Positions 50,646-62,407 of a stretch of 64,000 nucleotides of DNA are shown in pieces; positions within the stretch are counted from its first letter, which is position 1; each line of letters starts with the position of its first letter. Under the pieces are notes generated by a model, which was given only the letters and a program-made list of their open reading frames with translations, did no database searches and had not been told where the DNA came from. The DNA comes from Microthyrium microscopicum (Eukaryota). Location: NCBI GenBank assembly GCA_010405405.1, contig MU004230.1, positions 1,398,627 through 1,462,626 of the forward strand, given 5' to 3'. Made by a program: the position numbers and the translations under genes.

Positions 50646-53352
50646 TTATGCTATTGGTCGACTGAAATCTTGAAGCTCATCGTCCAAGTGCGCCACCACG
50701 TTGTCATATACAGCTTGCCGAAATGCATCGTCGTCCAAGTCGTAGTTACGGATTCGCGGATCCAAGTTACAGTATAAACAGCTTTTCACTACACTCTCAT
50801 ACCTCATACCTGCTTCCTCCATCAACAGTCCTGACTTGACGAGTCGAACTGCAGTCGTATAGTCTGCATAAAGTCCTTTGTTTCCAGCTTCTGCGATGTC
50901 TTCGGCTGTCCTGAGCTGCTTTATAGACTGCCCAAAGCAGATCTCGATCAAGGTAATACCGAGCGCAAAAAGTGTTGTATTATGAATAAACGACGGCTTG
51001 TTGGCTTCTATTGTTATTACTTCGCTGGACAGATCTCGAAGTACGAATAGTTGTTTGAATAGAGATGGTGCTTCCTTCCTGTCCAGAAGTGTTATATCGT
51101 GGCTTCCAAAGTAGGAACTAACCCAGGGCGATTTGTATAGATATAAAATGGCGTTTCCTAAAGCCGCAGACATGGAGAGCTTGTCTATCCGCCTTGGTGC
51201 TGGTGTGTTAGGGAACTTCCGTTGTAAAATATCATCGAAAGAGTATATTGATTCAGGCTTGGTAGCGTATGATCTGCAGAGAGAGATGTCAATTTCGATT
51301 GAACCGTCGGCGATGGACCCGATATAATTTGACGACTTGACTGCAAGTTGGTTTTCTTTGAACATGGCGCATATGCTCTGAATGGCGACCTTGGTCATTT
51401 GCTGCTGAGATATCACAACCGAGCTGTTATTTGAAGCCTGTGGCACAAGAGTGGAGGAACTGGATGATTTCTGTTTCAATCCGGGATGGGTTGTCCATTG
51501 AACCTTTTTCTTGACAGGCCGATTCGAAATTTGAGTTGGGTTTTGAGCTCCCGTTGTGGCTTGTTGCTCAACAGGTCGGATTCTACATGTAGTTTCTGTC
51601 CACATGCCTAGGAAAATGTCAGTATGAGACGCGAAACAGTGTTTTCAGAGCCAAGACGAGCTGAAAGGATCGCATGATCTTTTTGGTAAGATATTCCATC
51701 GTATGTGATGGGCGCCATCGAATGCGATGGGAGCCACTGCGTGCTTTGGTATTGACAGATATTGTGAAGACATAGATAAAAACCATATCGTCAACGCCGT
51801 CACCAGAAAAGCCGACTTGGTCTACCTACTCATGGTGATCCTCCATCGCACTCCATGGTAGCCATCGAATCCAATGGCGGCCATCGAGTGCTATGGGAGC
51901 CATCAGATGTGATGGGAGTTGTCAAGAACTAGAAAAACGTGGATCGGTCGCTAAGGGGGCCTTACCGGGTGCCTTCTGGTGTGATATAAACGCAATCTTT
52001 AACGAGTTGTCCGAGTCAGTTGTGTCTTCTTGATATCGACAGAGCTGGAGAGCAACCATGTGTTTGTCGACACCGCAGGTGCATTGCATCGCTTTGACAG
52101 CACGATACAGGCTTTGCGCATAATTTCGAAGGCCCTTAAATCGATCGCCCTGTGATCTCTTCCGGCGAGAGCTCTGTAAAACGGATGTCTGCCTCGTCAA
52201 CCCCTGAAGAGCTCTGTTGTGTTCTCGCAATCGCTGTACCAGTTCTTCATAAGAACTCTTGCTCAGACTGAATCGACCTAGAAATAGTCAGTGCGGTTAC
52301 GAAGTCGCATCAGTCAGATCATATTTTCCACTGATGGTAAAATTGTAAAACCATTCTACGGGAGCCGGCGAGAGCGATAGAAATATCTCTCCAGATCAAT
52401 ACCTATTTTGATAAATCCAGGCGAGTTCAAGATACCTCTAGACATTCGAAAGACTCATATGGGGACCATCGCTTTCGATGGCTCCTATAGAGCGTGTTTC
52501 TGATAGACTGATATGGTTACCATAATGAATTGGTAGCCAGTGAATGGTGTGTTGTAACATAAACGTATGCTGTCAGTAAAAATGTTGGCTTACCTATCTT
52601 CCAAGCTTTTTTGAAGCTCATATCAGGTGTTGTCATCCAGAGAATTGCTCCATCGTCATCTAGATCAAGTTTATCTTTAAACTCGTTCACGGCATCTTCC
52701 ATGGCACATATTCGTTCCAGATACACCTTGTAGGCAAGAGCCAACCGCTTTTCGAGCTTATTTTGAATAATAGGATCATCCCAAGCATCACCTAACGGTT
52801 ATCAGATTGTTCCACATCACGTTTTGTGATTGAGCTGGACTTACCTCCTGGCGCGGCAAGCATTATTTCCATCTCCTTGGAGCTAGCGATGCCATCGAGC
52901 AGCATCTCACAAGTATTGCGATACGTGATGCTTTCTGTTTCCAGTTCCAGAATCAGAGTTTTGAGTTCCCATTTGTAAGTCAGCATGCGTCGAACTGTAC
53001 GCACCCCATCGGCATAGTGCTCCAACGCTGAGATCACCAATGGAATGCCTGACATCGTTAGTTTAGACTCTCCAGATCGATGAGTAGACGAAATAGTTGG
53101 CAGCTCCCATCAAACACGTTGTCTACCATCGCACTCCATAAAGAGAAGCAAATGTGACCAGCGTATCCCCGAAGAAGATATTGAGCAGTCCGTGTGAAGT
53201 GTATCAAGGGTAGACAATGCACCTCAAGGAGCGTTTCAGTCAGATTTCGACCCGGTATGATAGGTAACAAGCAGAAATAGAAATGACCAGAAGTGTAAGA
53301 TAGATGGCGCCTTACTTCCTAAAACGGCACCTGCCACCTCAAGACCGGACAT
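50646..53352 (-). CDS. Hypothetical protein with a HeLo-like N-terminus and a degenerate kinase-like C-terminal domain; introns 53049-53315, 52792-52844, 52278-52593, 51608-51965
   Basis: All four introns have GTAAG donors, branch-point-like motifs and YAG acceptors, and they join in frame. Spliced product: MSGLEVAGAVLGSIPLVISALEHYADGV...APGGDAWDDPIIQNKLEKRL...KIGRFSLSKSSYEELVQRLREHN...APGMWTET...LGNAILYLYKSPWV...LFALGITLIEI...YESVVKSCLYC. Confidence 0.8.
51696..51918. repeat. Intronic tandem arrays of a 19-bp palindromic unit, CCATCG-N4-CGATGG-N3
   Basis: Two units at 51696-51733 and four units at 51843-51918, each with exact 19-bp period. Further copies lie at 52466-52484 and 53107-53141. 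Confidence 0.8.
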
Positions 53353-53763
53353 ATTTCGTAATATTCACTAAGAAGTTGAGTTTGAAAGAGTATATGACAA
53401 AAGACTGGTGGCGGAACACAATCTGGCGTGATCAGCTCAGCGTTGGCGTTCTCAGACTACAAAGCCGAAAATGACAGTATAATAGCCAGTCCTTTGATGG
53501 TAGTTTTGGACAACATACAACAGACAGATTCAAAATATAGGAAGTCTTTGGGAAGCTTTGCAGCAATACGAAAAGGAGGCGGGATACAAGACTCCAGGAA
53601 TAGAAATACCCCTCAGTGATATGCATGAAGGCGTATCAAAATGAGGCTGACCGGTCACAAACCCAAAACCCCGTTACATAACCTGAGTACAAGAGCAGTA
53701 ACTCGGAAACGTCGATTGCTCACTGCCAAAATCCAGGAACTCAGGATCAACCCTCTTTCAACC

Positions 53764-56700
53764 ATGCTTATATCAGATCAGGTCGAGGACTGTCTCAAAT
53801 GTTTCACGTCTCTTTTGCATGTCCAGGAAGACGAAAGCTCTCAGGATGTGGCATCCAACTTAGACTTGATCGAGACGTTCGATCGCTTCAAAATATGGAT
53901 GAATAACATAGGTGCAGGCCGAAAAGGCCCAGCTTCATTAGATCACAGGCTACGCGATGCATCTCACGTCCAGAGTCTTGCTTCGACTCTCTTGAGCAGT
54001 ATCACGGATGCTTTGAAGGAAGCAATCTCAATTGCAAAAGGAGAAGCAGAGACTTTGGATTACGAAGATGACGACAGCTCAGACGAGTCAGACGCAGGAG
54101 AACTTGGTATTACAGCGCGACCTTCGGAGCTCGAGCAAATTATGGCACATATATCAAATTCGACTAAATGCCTTATGAGACTTTCTGTAGCCATTCGACA
54201 TCCGGCTCCACATGACAGGTTTATGCGATCTGGAAACATTGATACCTCAGCATTTGAACCCTACGACATTGCTCACGTTCGGCACAAGTTCCCAAAAGCC
54301 GAGAATTTCTTGATCGATCGTCTCGGAAAGGCAATATCAAGGCGGCGCCTGTACTTGAAGTATCGAGCAAACCATAAGGAGAAACTCTTAAGGGACCACA
54401 AAGGCGAGGATCAAACCGTGGCTTCTTCTCTACCGTCGAAGATTGAAAGCTTGAACATTAACGACTTACAAGAGTTCAAAGATACTCAGTCCGAAGCTGG
54501 ACTGTCTATGACATCCTATGCGACTACCAAGGCGGATCAAAACACCGTGCTTTCAGTACCAAAGATGCCTGAGGAAGGCGGTGCTGACGATCCCTTCGAA
54601 TGCCCTTATTGCTTTGCAATGACCGTGGCGAGTAGTAGGCCCGCGTGGAAGTAAGTCTCCCTGATCAGCTCTAATTTGATTCGCTCTTCAGAGTCATGAT
54701 GTTCTTCAGAACAACTGACTAATTGTAAACTACGGTAGGAGGCATGTCTTCACAGATCTACAACCACATCTTTGCCTTATTGAAGGTTGTGTTGGCCCGG
54801 ATCGAATGTACTCTCGACGGCATGACTGGATATTACACCATAACACTCACAACGATAGTCGATTTGCTTCTCAGTTGACATGTCCTTTATGCCAACAGCA
54901 ATCTCCTAGTCTTGATCGTCTCTTCAAGCATGTTTCAGGCCACCAAGAGCAACTTGCATTGTTCGCGCTTCCGATGAGTGACGATGGTCCTCATGCTTCC
55001 GATGAGGAGGAAGACGAAGAAGAGGATCTTGAACCCGCAAGTTTATTCCGAGATCAGCCTTACTCCTGCCGCTTTTGCGGGCAGGACTATGTGGACGCGG
55101 AAGATTTTGCCTCCCATCTTACACCAGGTGGCCGTTGTGAACGTGGTGTAGTTTTAGGACGAGCGGAAGACGATCAATTCGACATAGTAGAAGAGGCTAA
55201 GAAGTTAGATGGCGAAGTCAAACACTCAAGCCCAGATGATGATATGCTGCAGGCGCCAATCACATTCAAAGACGCTGTTGGTCGTAAATTCAGTTTCCCA
55301 TGGCATCTATGCAAGTCATGGAAGGTATGTTGTCCACCTATTAAGACGATTCTGATCTACTATAAGAATACTAATGCTCATGTAGGGTATGGAGCAACTC
55401 GTTCAGCAAGCATTTTTACAATTCGGCCCAATTAGTCAGCATGTCGTAGACGGTCACTTCGATCTGATCAGTTCAGACGGTAATGTGATTCTTCCTAAAG
55501 TCTGGGAAATTATGGTCAAGCCCGATATGGCGATCAGCATGCACATGTGGCCCACCGCTGAGCCGCTTGTGACGCAGTTACTTGACCAAAAACCAGATCA
55601 AGATGGTAAGTCAGCCTACACTCAGTCAAATTATTCACGATAGTTCCGAGCCAAAACTGTAATTATATTGTTCAAGGCTCAAGCCTCAGGCTATTGCAGT
55701 TCGGCTCAAGATCAAGTTTCTCCTCTAGAATACCCCGGATCTAGCGCTTGTTCTGTCAGGGGAATAGGAACTTATGAATATGATTCTAGTTCACATCGCG
55801 TGGTGTTGGAATTCTCTTCTTGCTGACCATTATTGCTAACTTCTCGAATCTATAGCGTTGTCTGAGATTCGGAACCTACCTAGGTACCTATATAGGAGTG
55901 AGAGGGAGGCACCAGCGAAGGCCAACGAAAAGTACGAGGCGCACAATAGACCCGCCTACACGATGTATTATGACTCCCAAACAGGAGAGGAAGTACCTGA
56001 TACTCGGAGTACAGGCAACATCACGAGCGAACGAGCAAGATCAACATCAGGATCGCGATCTCCAAGGTTTAGTAGTCCGAGTAGAGAACAGTCAAATGAA
56101 TGGGCTCGTGAGCGGCCCATTGCTACTGCTACTTGGGAAGCCCTTGCTGTTAGGCATGACGAGCAAAGCTCCGGTGATCTTGAAAAGGGAAACCTCCCAC
56201 CAGATGCCCGTTGGACAAAAATCGACCGAACGCTGGTCAATCCAGAAGCGCTTCTCGAAGCGAATGAAAGATTCGAGGAGCGCTTGGATTGTGTTATTGT
56301 ACTGCGGGTACTCACAAAGCAGGAGATCCAAGACCTAGCAGATCGCACAGAGAGAATACGTGCCAACCGCAATACGGACTCCCAAGCTGCACCTGGTAAG
56401 TATCATGGAAATGCGAGGAACGCTGACATAGCCAGCGGGAGGGAGTTGCCCGAATCATCAAGGTGGAGATCTCGAACAAACCGAAGGTCAAGCAGCGAAG
56501 AGTCATATGATCGAACTCGTGAGCGACACCTTGCTGCTGGTGCTCTTGCTGGCGCCAGCGCTGCTGCTATTCTCAGAAATGTCAACTTTACCCCGGAACA
56601 AGAAAAAGCGAGATTGATGTCCAGATCAAGATCAAGGTCAAGATCCCCCAGACTCAGCAGCCGAGGCGTGGACGCCTCTAATGATCAAAATCGCGCCAAG

Positions 56701-58181
56701 CGTCTGGCTGCCGCTGCCATTGCAGGTGCTAGTGCTGCTGCTTTTGCCGCTGGGCGCCAGAAACAAGCGGACCTCCCACTTCAATCAAATATTGGGCCAC
56801 CATCTTCTAAGATGCTTCGAATGCTACCTGGTTCCCAAACGACTCCGTCTAACCCCCATGTTGGTGGTGAGGAATTACTAGGGAAAGCAGATGATCCTTA
56901 CCCCAGAGACCAGCGCAGACGCACTGTTGAAATTGGAGACACGACTTGGGGCGGCGGCCCTCCAACAGCTGTTGCACTCGACCGATATAATGATCGTATT
57001 CGCGCAGAAGAAATGAAGCAACAGGAAGCCGCCGTCAGCAGTTCTACCGAGCTGGAGGCTGGTCAAGAACAGCCGACTCAGAACTCGAGACGTAGGTCCC
57101 AAGATTCAAATGATGAGGCATATTCGTTCACGAATCCGTTGGAGATGTATCGAGATACGGAGCCGCGTGGCCCTCGACATAAAAGCAGCCGCTTAACTGT
57201 AGATGACGATTCGGTTGATCCACTTGACCTAACACTTTTACCACGATCACCTGATATCTCACCACCCAGAAGGATGTTGGAACACCGTGTCACTAGAGCT
57301 AAGGCTCCAAAACGACAAGCGTACTACGAGTATGACCGGATTCAACAAGAACCGGTGCCTGTTAGCGATACAGTGCATCGGTATCGATGCTTAGAAGACT
57401 GGGATTGCAAGAAAGGGGCCAAAGGATTTTCTCGGTACAATGACTTGAAGCGGCATGTGATGCGGGTTCACAGCAAGACATCGCAGGAGTTTGAGCAATT
57501 ATTTCCCAGAACAGGGCAGGTCAACGTCTTGCAACTCAGTCAAACACATCGGTACTCAATTTCTGGCGATAAAGCGGACAGTATTGAACCTTCGTCTCCA
57601 AACCCTAACGTAACGCGCCCGACTGGCCACGGAGAACCAAACGAGGATGATGCTCCTAGAATGTACCCCGGCATGGGCCGTGAAGCCGCGCAAGCTGCTT
57701 CAACTGGAAGACCTCGCTTGCAAAGTTACCCAGATAATGCTCTAAGGCTAGAAGGAGGAGGAGGTTCTTCAATTCCTATAGAGCGTGAGCGTACGCCTTA
57801 TGATCCTATAGAGCGTGAGCGTAAGCCTTATGTTCCTATTGAACGTGAGCGTAAGCCATATACAGTTGTTCAGGGCAGCGCAAAGTTATACGAGGATGCA
57901 GTGTTGCAACCATTATCCAATACACCCGGACGGCCACCACGGCGTCGTGAAGCACATACAGCTATGCCGTGCGTAAACTGTACGAGAGCCAAACTAAGCT
58001 GTGATGAAGCGAGGCCATGTAAGCATTGTGTATCTACTCATCAAGAGGCAAGTCTAGTCGTGTTTGAGGTCAAGGGTAACACTAACTTCATGAATAGGCA
58101 ACATGCGTTGACATAGAGCACAAGAAGCGTGGCCGACCAAGAATACAACCCAAGCCAGAAGTCAGAGTCGAGGATTTCTGA
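53764..58181 (+). CDS. Large mosaic protein: helical N-terminal domain, C2H2 fingers, ubiquitin-like domain, further fragments, C-terminal Zn2Cys6; introns 54651-54738, 55325-55385, 55606-55855, 58048-58097 (GC-AG)
   Basis: Exons join in frame. Segments in order: FKIWMNNIGA..SLDHRLRDA; FECPYCF..WK|RHVFTDLQPHLC; PITFKDAVGRKFSFPWHLCKSWK|GMEQLV; ARWTKIDRTLVNPEAL; YRC..C..GFSRYNDLKRHVMRVH; PCVNCTRAKLSCDEARPCKHC..|ATCVDIEHKKRGRPR. Confidence 0.75.
57775..57864 (+). repeat. Coding 30-bp tandem repeat, 3 copies (PIERER[T/K]PY[D/V/T])
   Basis: CCTATAGAGCGTGAGCGTAAGCCTTATG-like units start at 57775, 57805 and 57835. Confidence 0.9.
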
Positions 58182-58817
58182 CATAAACTTGGGGAACGGC
58201 GAGAAGCTGAGGTCGAGGTTGGTGGCTTTGGCATCCGAAGAGATCCAAGCGAACGTGACGAGCGGCGTCACGACCTACAGAGTAAAGCCTTGAGCAGCCG
58301 CGAGGCACCGAGTCGCTCGAGTGCGCTATACGAAGAGGATTATCGTGGGGTTGGCATAAGAACAAGCTCAATAGAGAGCAGTGAGGAGCGTGGCAGAGAC
58401 AAGTCACCTGCTGACAAACGAAGTTTGTCAACGGAGGGCTTTGGTTCAAGATGGGAGGGAACAAGGAGGCAGGACGCCGAAGAGTTGGCCTAGACTTATG
58501 CTCTTTATATTGCCGACAAGAAGAGGGAGCAATCGTAGTGGGTGTTGTCAAAATATATACCACTAGCAATAATATTAATACAATGCTGAGGTAATTCCTA
58601 GAGAGTTCAAAAGGACTGTCGCGTTTTCGAGGGATAGTTAATCTCTAAACTGACCTAATGAATAGAGTGCTCTTTTTCTGGTAAATTGCGTTTAGGATTC
58701 ATGGTTTTGTAGGAGACAGCGGTGGATCTATCTCTTTCATTTGATACCCCATAAATGTGATAGCCCCCTTCTTTGTGAAGAAACATCAACTCTTTGCCAG
58801 CCATTTGAATGCCTAGC

Positions 58818-59542
58818 CTAGTCGATGAACTCATCAACCCAGAACTCCTCACATGCTTCACTCAAGGTCGGGTCCGCAACTCGAGACATCAACTTTTCAG
58901 CTACATAGCTGGAACGCGCCATCTCAGATACGTCGGCAAGATTTGAGAACGCATCGGACAGCGCAGTGAATGTGTTCTGATCCATGGGCTGAGACATGGT
59001 GCAATAAGGCAAGATATCTATCGCTGCTCGAGGAATTGCGGGTTCTGGGAGAGGCACATTTGTGTCAGCACTGGCGAGATATGACTTGATCATGGTAGGC
59101 ACTGAACGAGCATCTGGCGCGAGGAGCAATGGAATGAGACAATTCGATTTGATCAGCAATAGTTGAAGGTCGTAGAAGCATTGATGCTCTGATTGAACTT
59201 CAGGCCCTTCACTGTGAGCTTGGCTGAGAAACATCATGATCGAGTTCTTGCCGCCCGAAAGTGCAACGATATGCTGAACTCTGTCAATGAGCGAATGGCC
59301 TTGGTTCAGCGAGGAGTTGGTGAGAACGAGAGCGCGGAATGCTGTGTTTTGTCCTGCACATGGGATTGGCACAGCAATATCATGAGTGCGAAGAGAATTC
59401 TCTAGGAGAAGAAAGGTTAGATTCTTCAATTAGAACAACAATTGAAGTTGAAACCTCGCAAGTGTAGTTCCGTTGAGTCCAGCATGGCTTGGAGCAGTTC
59501 CTGGCATGATTTGCGCTGGCGCAGACTGGCACAGAACGACAT
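58818..59542 (-). CDS. Hypothetical fungal protein; probable intron 59402-59454, start uncertain
   Basis: A ~195-codon exon is preceded by a CTAAC...TAG acceptor. Upstream exon MSFCASLRQRKSCQELLQAMLDSTELHLR joins in frame through a weak GTTTCA donor. Confidence 0.6.
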
Positions 59543-60247
59543 GGTGAGGTTCTCAAAGGGTTCGAAGTTCCGGTATTTTCGCTGAATTGATCACGGGCGC
59601 GGCAATTGTATGCTATCAGCGCAATACAATGCCAACTGAATAGCAGTGGATGAGATGAAGTTGGAGGTAATGGAATAAATAGGAAGGCGGAGCATGGCGG
59701 ACTTGGGAGGCCAAGACTTCCCTCTAAGGCAGGTGCGTATGGTGGATCGTGCGGAAGGCATCATGATGGATGGTCACTGCCTTTCTTGGCATTGCTTCTT
59801 GATGACTTCTTCAACGACCTTTGACTTTCTTTGCCCAACATTCAACCTCTCACCCTCATCTCACCTTCTCCTGCTGCTCTTCTTGTCTTCTTTTACCATT
59901 CTTGTTCCTGTCTTCGGATCTAGTGTCCTACAATAGAAGGTACGCTACCCTTGGTCTCCCATCAAAGCCACCGCTCAACTTGCTTTCGTCTGTTGATCAC
60001 ATCACATCAACCCGCCCTTTAATTATCAACATTCGACTATTCCCCCTCATCCACTGACTCCTCTATCAAGCAGACAGTTTTCCTTTAGTCTTTGTATTTC
60101 TATATTTCTTCCTTACCTTCTATTCGACTATTGGCTGGACCGTCCTACTTGTCATCATCATTCAGCCGTCGACCAGTCCACGACGACGCTGCAGCGGGCC
60201 GTTGCCACGCACTTCCCTCGGCACCCGACAACTCACACCTCTACATC

Positions 60248-62407
60248 ATGCCTACCCCACATCGTAAGGACCTTGTACGGCAACGACGACGGGTTCAAGA
60301 TGATGGTGACGATGACGCATCAATCATTACCGAAGCCATCGACGATTCTCAAAGCGAAGCTTCACTCCCAAGCGATGCCGACGACGATGCCGATGCGGAC
60401 TACAGTGATCTTAGCGACACTGACGCAGCAGAAATCGCTAATCGGGGTATACGGCATGTGAGATCGAACGGCTCTGCGAAAAAGGGTATTGCTAGCTCGC
60501 CAATCGCCGGGACAGCTATAGAGACACCAAAACGAGCATCATCAGAGCCATTGACTTTCGAGTCTACGAAGGAAACCGAAGCAATGATGAATGGGCTGAA
60601 GATATCGCAGGATGAATCAAAGGCTGAACCTCTAGACTATGAGTCTGTAAAGTCAACATCAGAACCGGTAGCGGGTGAGGGCTTGACTGGAAAAGCCGAA
60701 ACATTGGCAGACAAACGACGGAAGGCACATGAAGAATACAAGAAGAAGCGTGATTCAGATCCGGCATTTATACCCACTCGTGGCGCCTTTTTCATGCACG
60801 ATCAACGCAACTCATCCGCTGCGGGGGGTGGCTTCCGTGGAGTTGGTCGCGGACGAGGGAGAGGTAGGGGGGGTGTTGGTATGCCATTCTCTCCAGTCAC
60901 GTAAGTTCTACTGCTTTTCTACGATCATCAAAAGGTATCCCCATCATTAGCAACTAACATCGTCATGAACAGCGCTCCATCTCTCACCAATGAGCCCACC
61001 AGTTCAACATGGTCCCACGATCTCCATGAAACCCTGCTTGAACCGGCTGCCACTTCTTCAGCTCCCCCCAATGCCCCAAGTGGCCCATCAAATGTCTCCG
61101 GGACAGGTATACCTTATCCATCCGGCGCTACCAAGTCTTTCTCTACGACGCAGGTTCTAGGAAAATTGCAAATTCGAGTTCAGCTTCCAGATATGAAGTC
61201 GCCCATCTCGTTCCAAGACGTTGCTGTCAAAAGATATACCAAGTTGCCAAATCATCGACCCCCGCTTCGTCGCGACAAACCTGTTCGAGTGTCGTTGCCG
61301 GACCATCCCGTTAAATATGTTTTTCCGTCGATGGAACGCTCCTTCGTCTTCATACCTCGTGCTCTCCGGCCCAATCAACAAGGCTTCGGTAGAGGACGAG
61401 GCAGAGGCGTTGGATCCTTTGGAGGGCTCTCGAGTCGGCGAACCAGCATATATGGAGGAAGTGTCTACTCACCCAGCATAGCGATGAGTCGTCGATCTTC
61501 GATGGCTAGAGATGGGATGGCGTCACCCGCAGGATCTATGATGTCTAGTCGGCCTATCGTACGGTTACCCGGTCCTCATCATCAACATACTGGTAGTGGT
61601 ACACCGATTCATTCTGCAGCTATATCTACTACCGGTACTCCCGTCTATGGTATGCCTCATGGTCCAGGTATGATCCAGCACCCAACATATAGGGAAAATT
61701 GGGCAGGAAACATGCACATGCACCAACCACGTCCACAGAAGACCATATCAGTCACGGGAATAGAAACCCCAGCTGCTGGCATGACCTTCCAAGGCCCATC
61801 GGCTGTAGGAGAGCAACCTCATTACTCGCAAGCATTCCATCATCAAATGCCTCCTCAAATGAATGGAATCTCGATGCAAGATCAAAATGGCTATGGCCAC
61901 ACTCGACAGCCCTCTTATCCTATACAACCAACCGCTGGTACCCCTCTCTCCAATATTCCAGAGCGAGCAATCCATGCGCAGCCTTTCCAACCATATCAGC
62001 AGGCGGGTTATCCTGCACAGTATGCTGCCCAGCCACAGACAGGCTACTATTATCCTGGCGCTAATCCCACAACTGGACAATTTCAACCTGGTACAATGAT
62101 GCCACCAGTGTTTATGCAAGCTCCTCAACAGACTGGCTACATGATGCCGACTATGGCACCTGCCGCCCCTCCCCCACCTCAATCCAGTGCTACTCCTGCG
62201 CCTGCAGGATTGGTTGCTCATGAACAAAACGGAATGGTGTATTATTTCGACCCATCTCAAGTATACACTGCTCAGGAGGGATATCAACAACAGCAACAGA
62301 GCAATTATGTTCAAGCAGCCCCGATGGGCGGGAACATGAACCCCACTTCCGAAACTTATTACTATCCACAGGCTCCGCCTGGAGCCGTGTATTATCCCAC
62401 TCAGTAG
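60248..62407 (+). CDS. Btz/CASC3 (Barentsz, eIF4AIII-binding) domain protein; intron 60901-60972
   Basis: DPAFIPTRGAFFMHDQR...RGRGRG...WSHDLHE matches the Btz/SELOR motif. The C-terminus is P/Q/Y-rich low complexity. Confidence 0.85.

Noticed and set aside
51843..51918. CRISPR-like reading of the palindromic repeat array
   Set aside because: The variable parts are only 3-4 nt, there are no spacers or cas genes, and the context is a eukaryotic intron.
55670..55712. GCTCAAG motifs in the 250-nt intron resembling the MITE interior
   Set aside because: Only 7-10 bp matches, with no TIR or TSD.
56396..56435. Intron-like GTAAGT..CTGAC..TAG/CAG inside the 752-aa ORF
   Set aside because: The frame is open without splicing and the 36-40 nt length is marginal; it cannot be decided from sequence.
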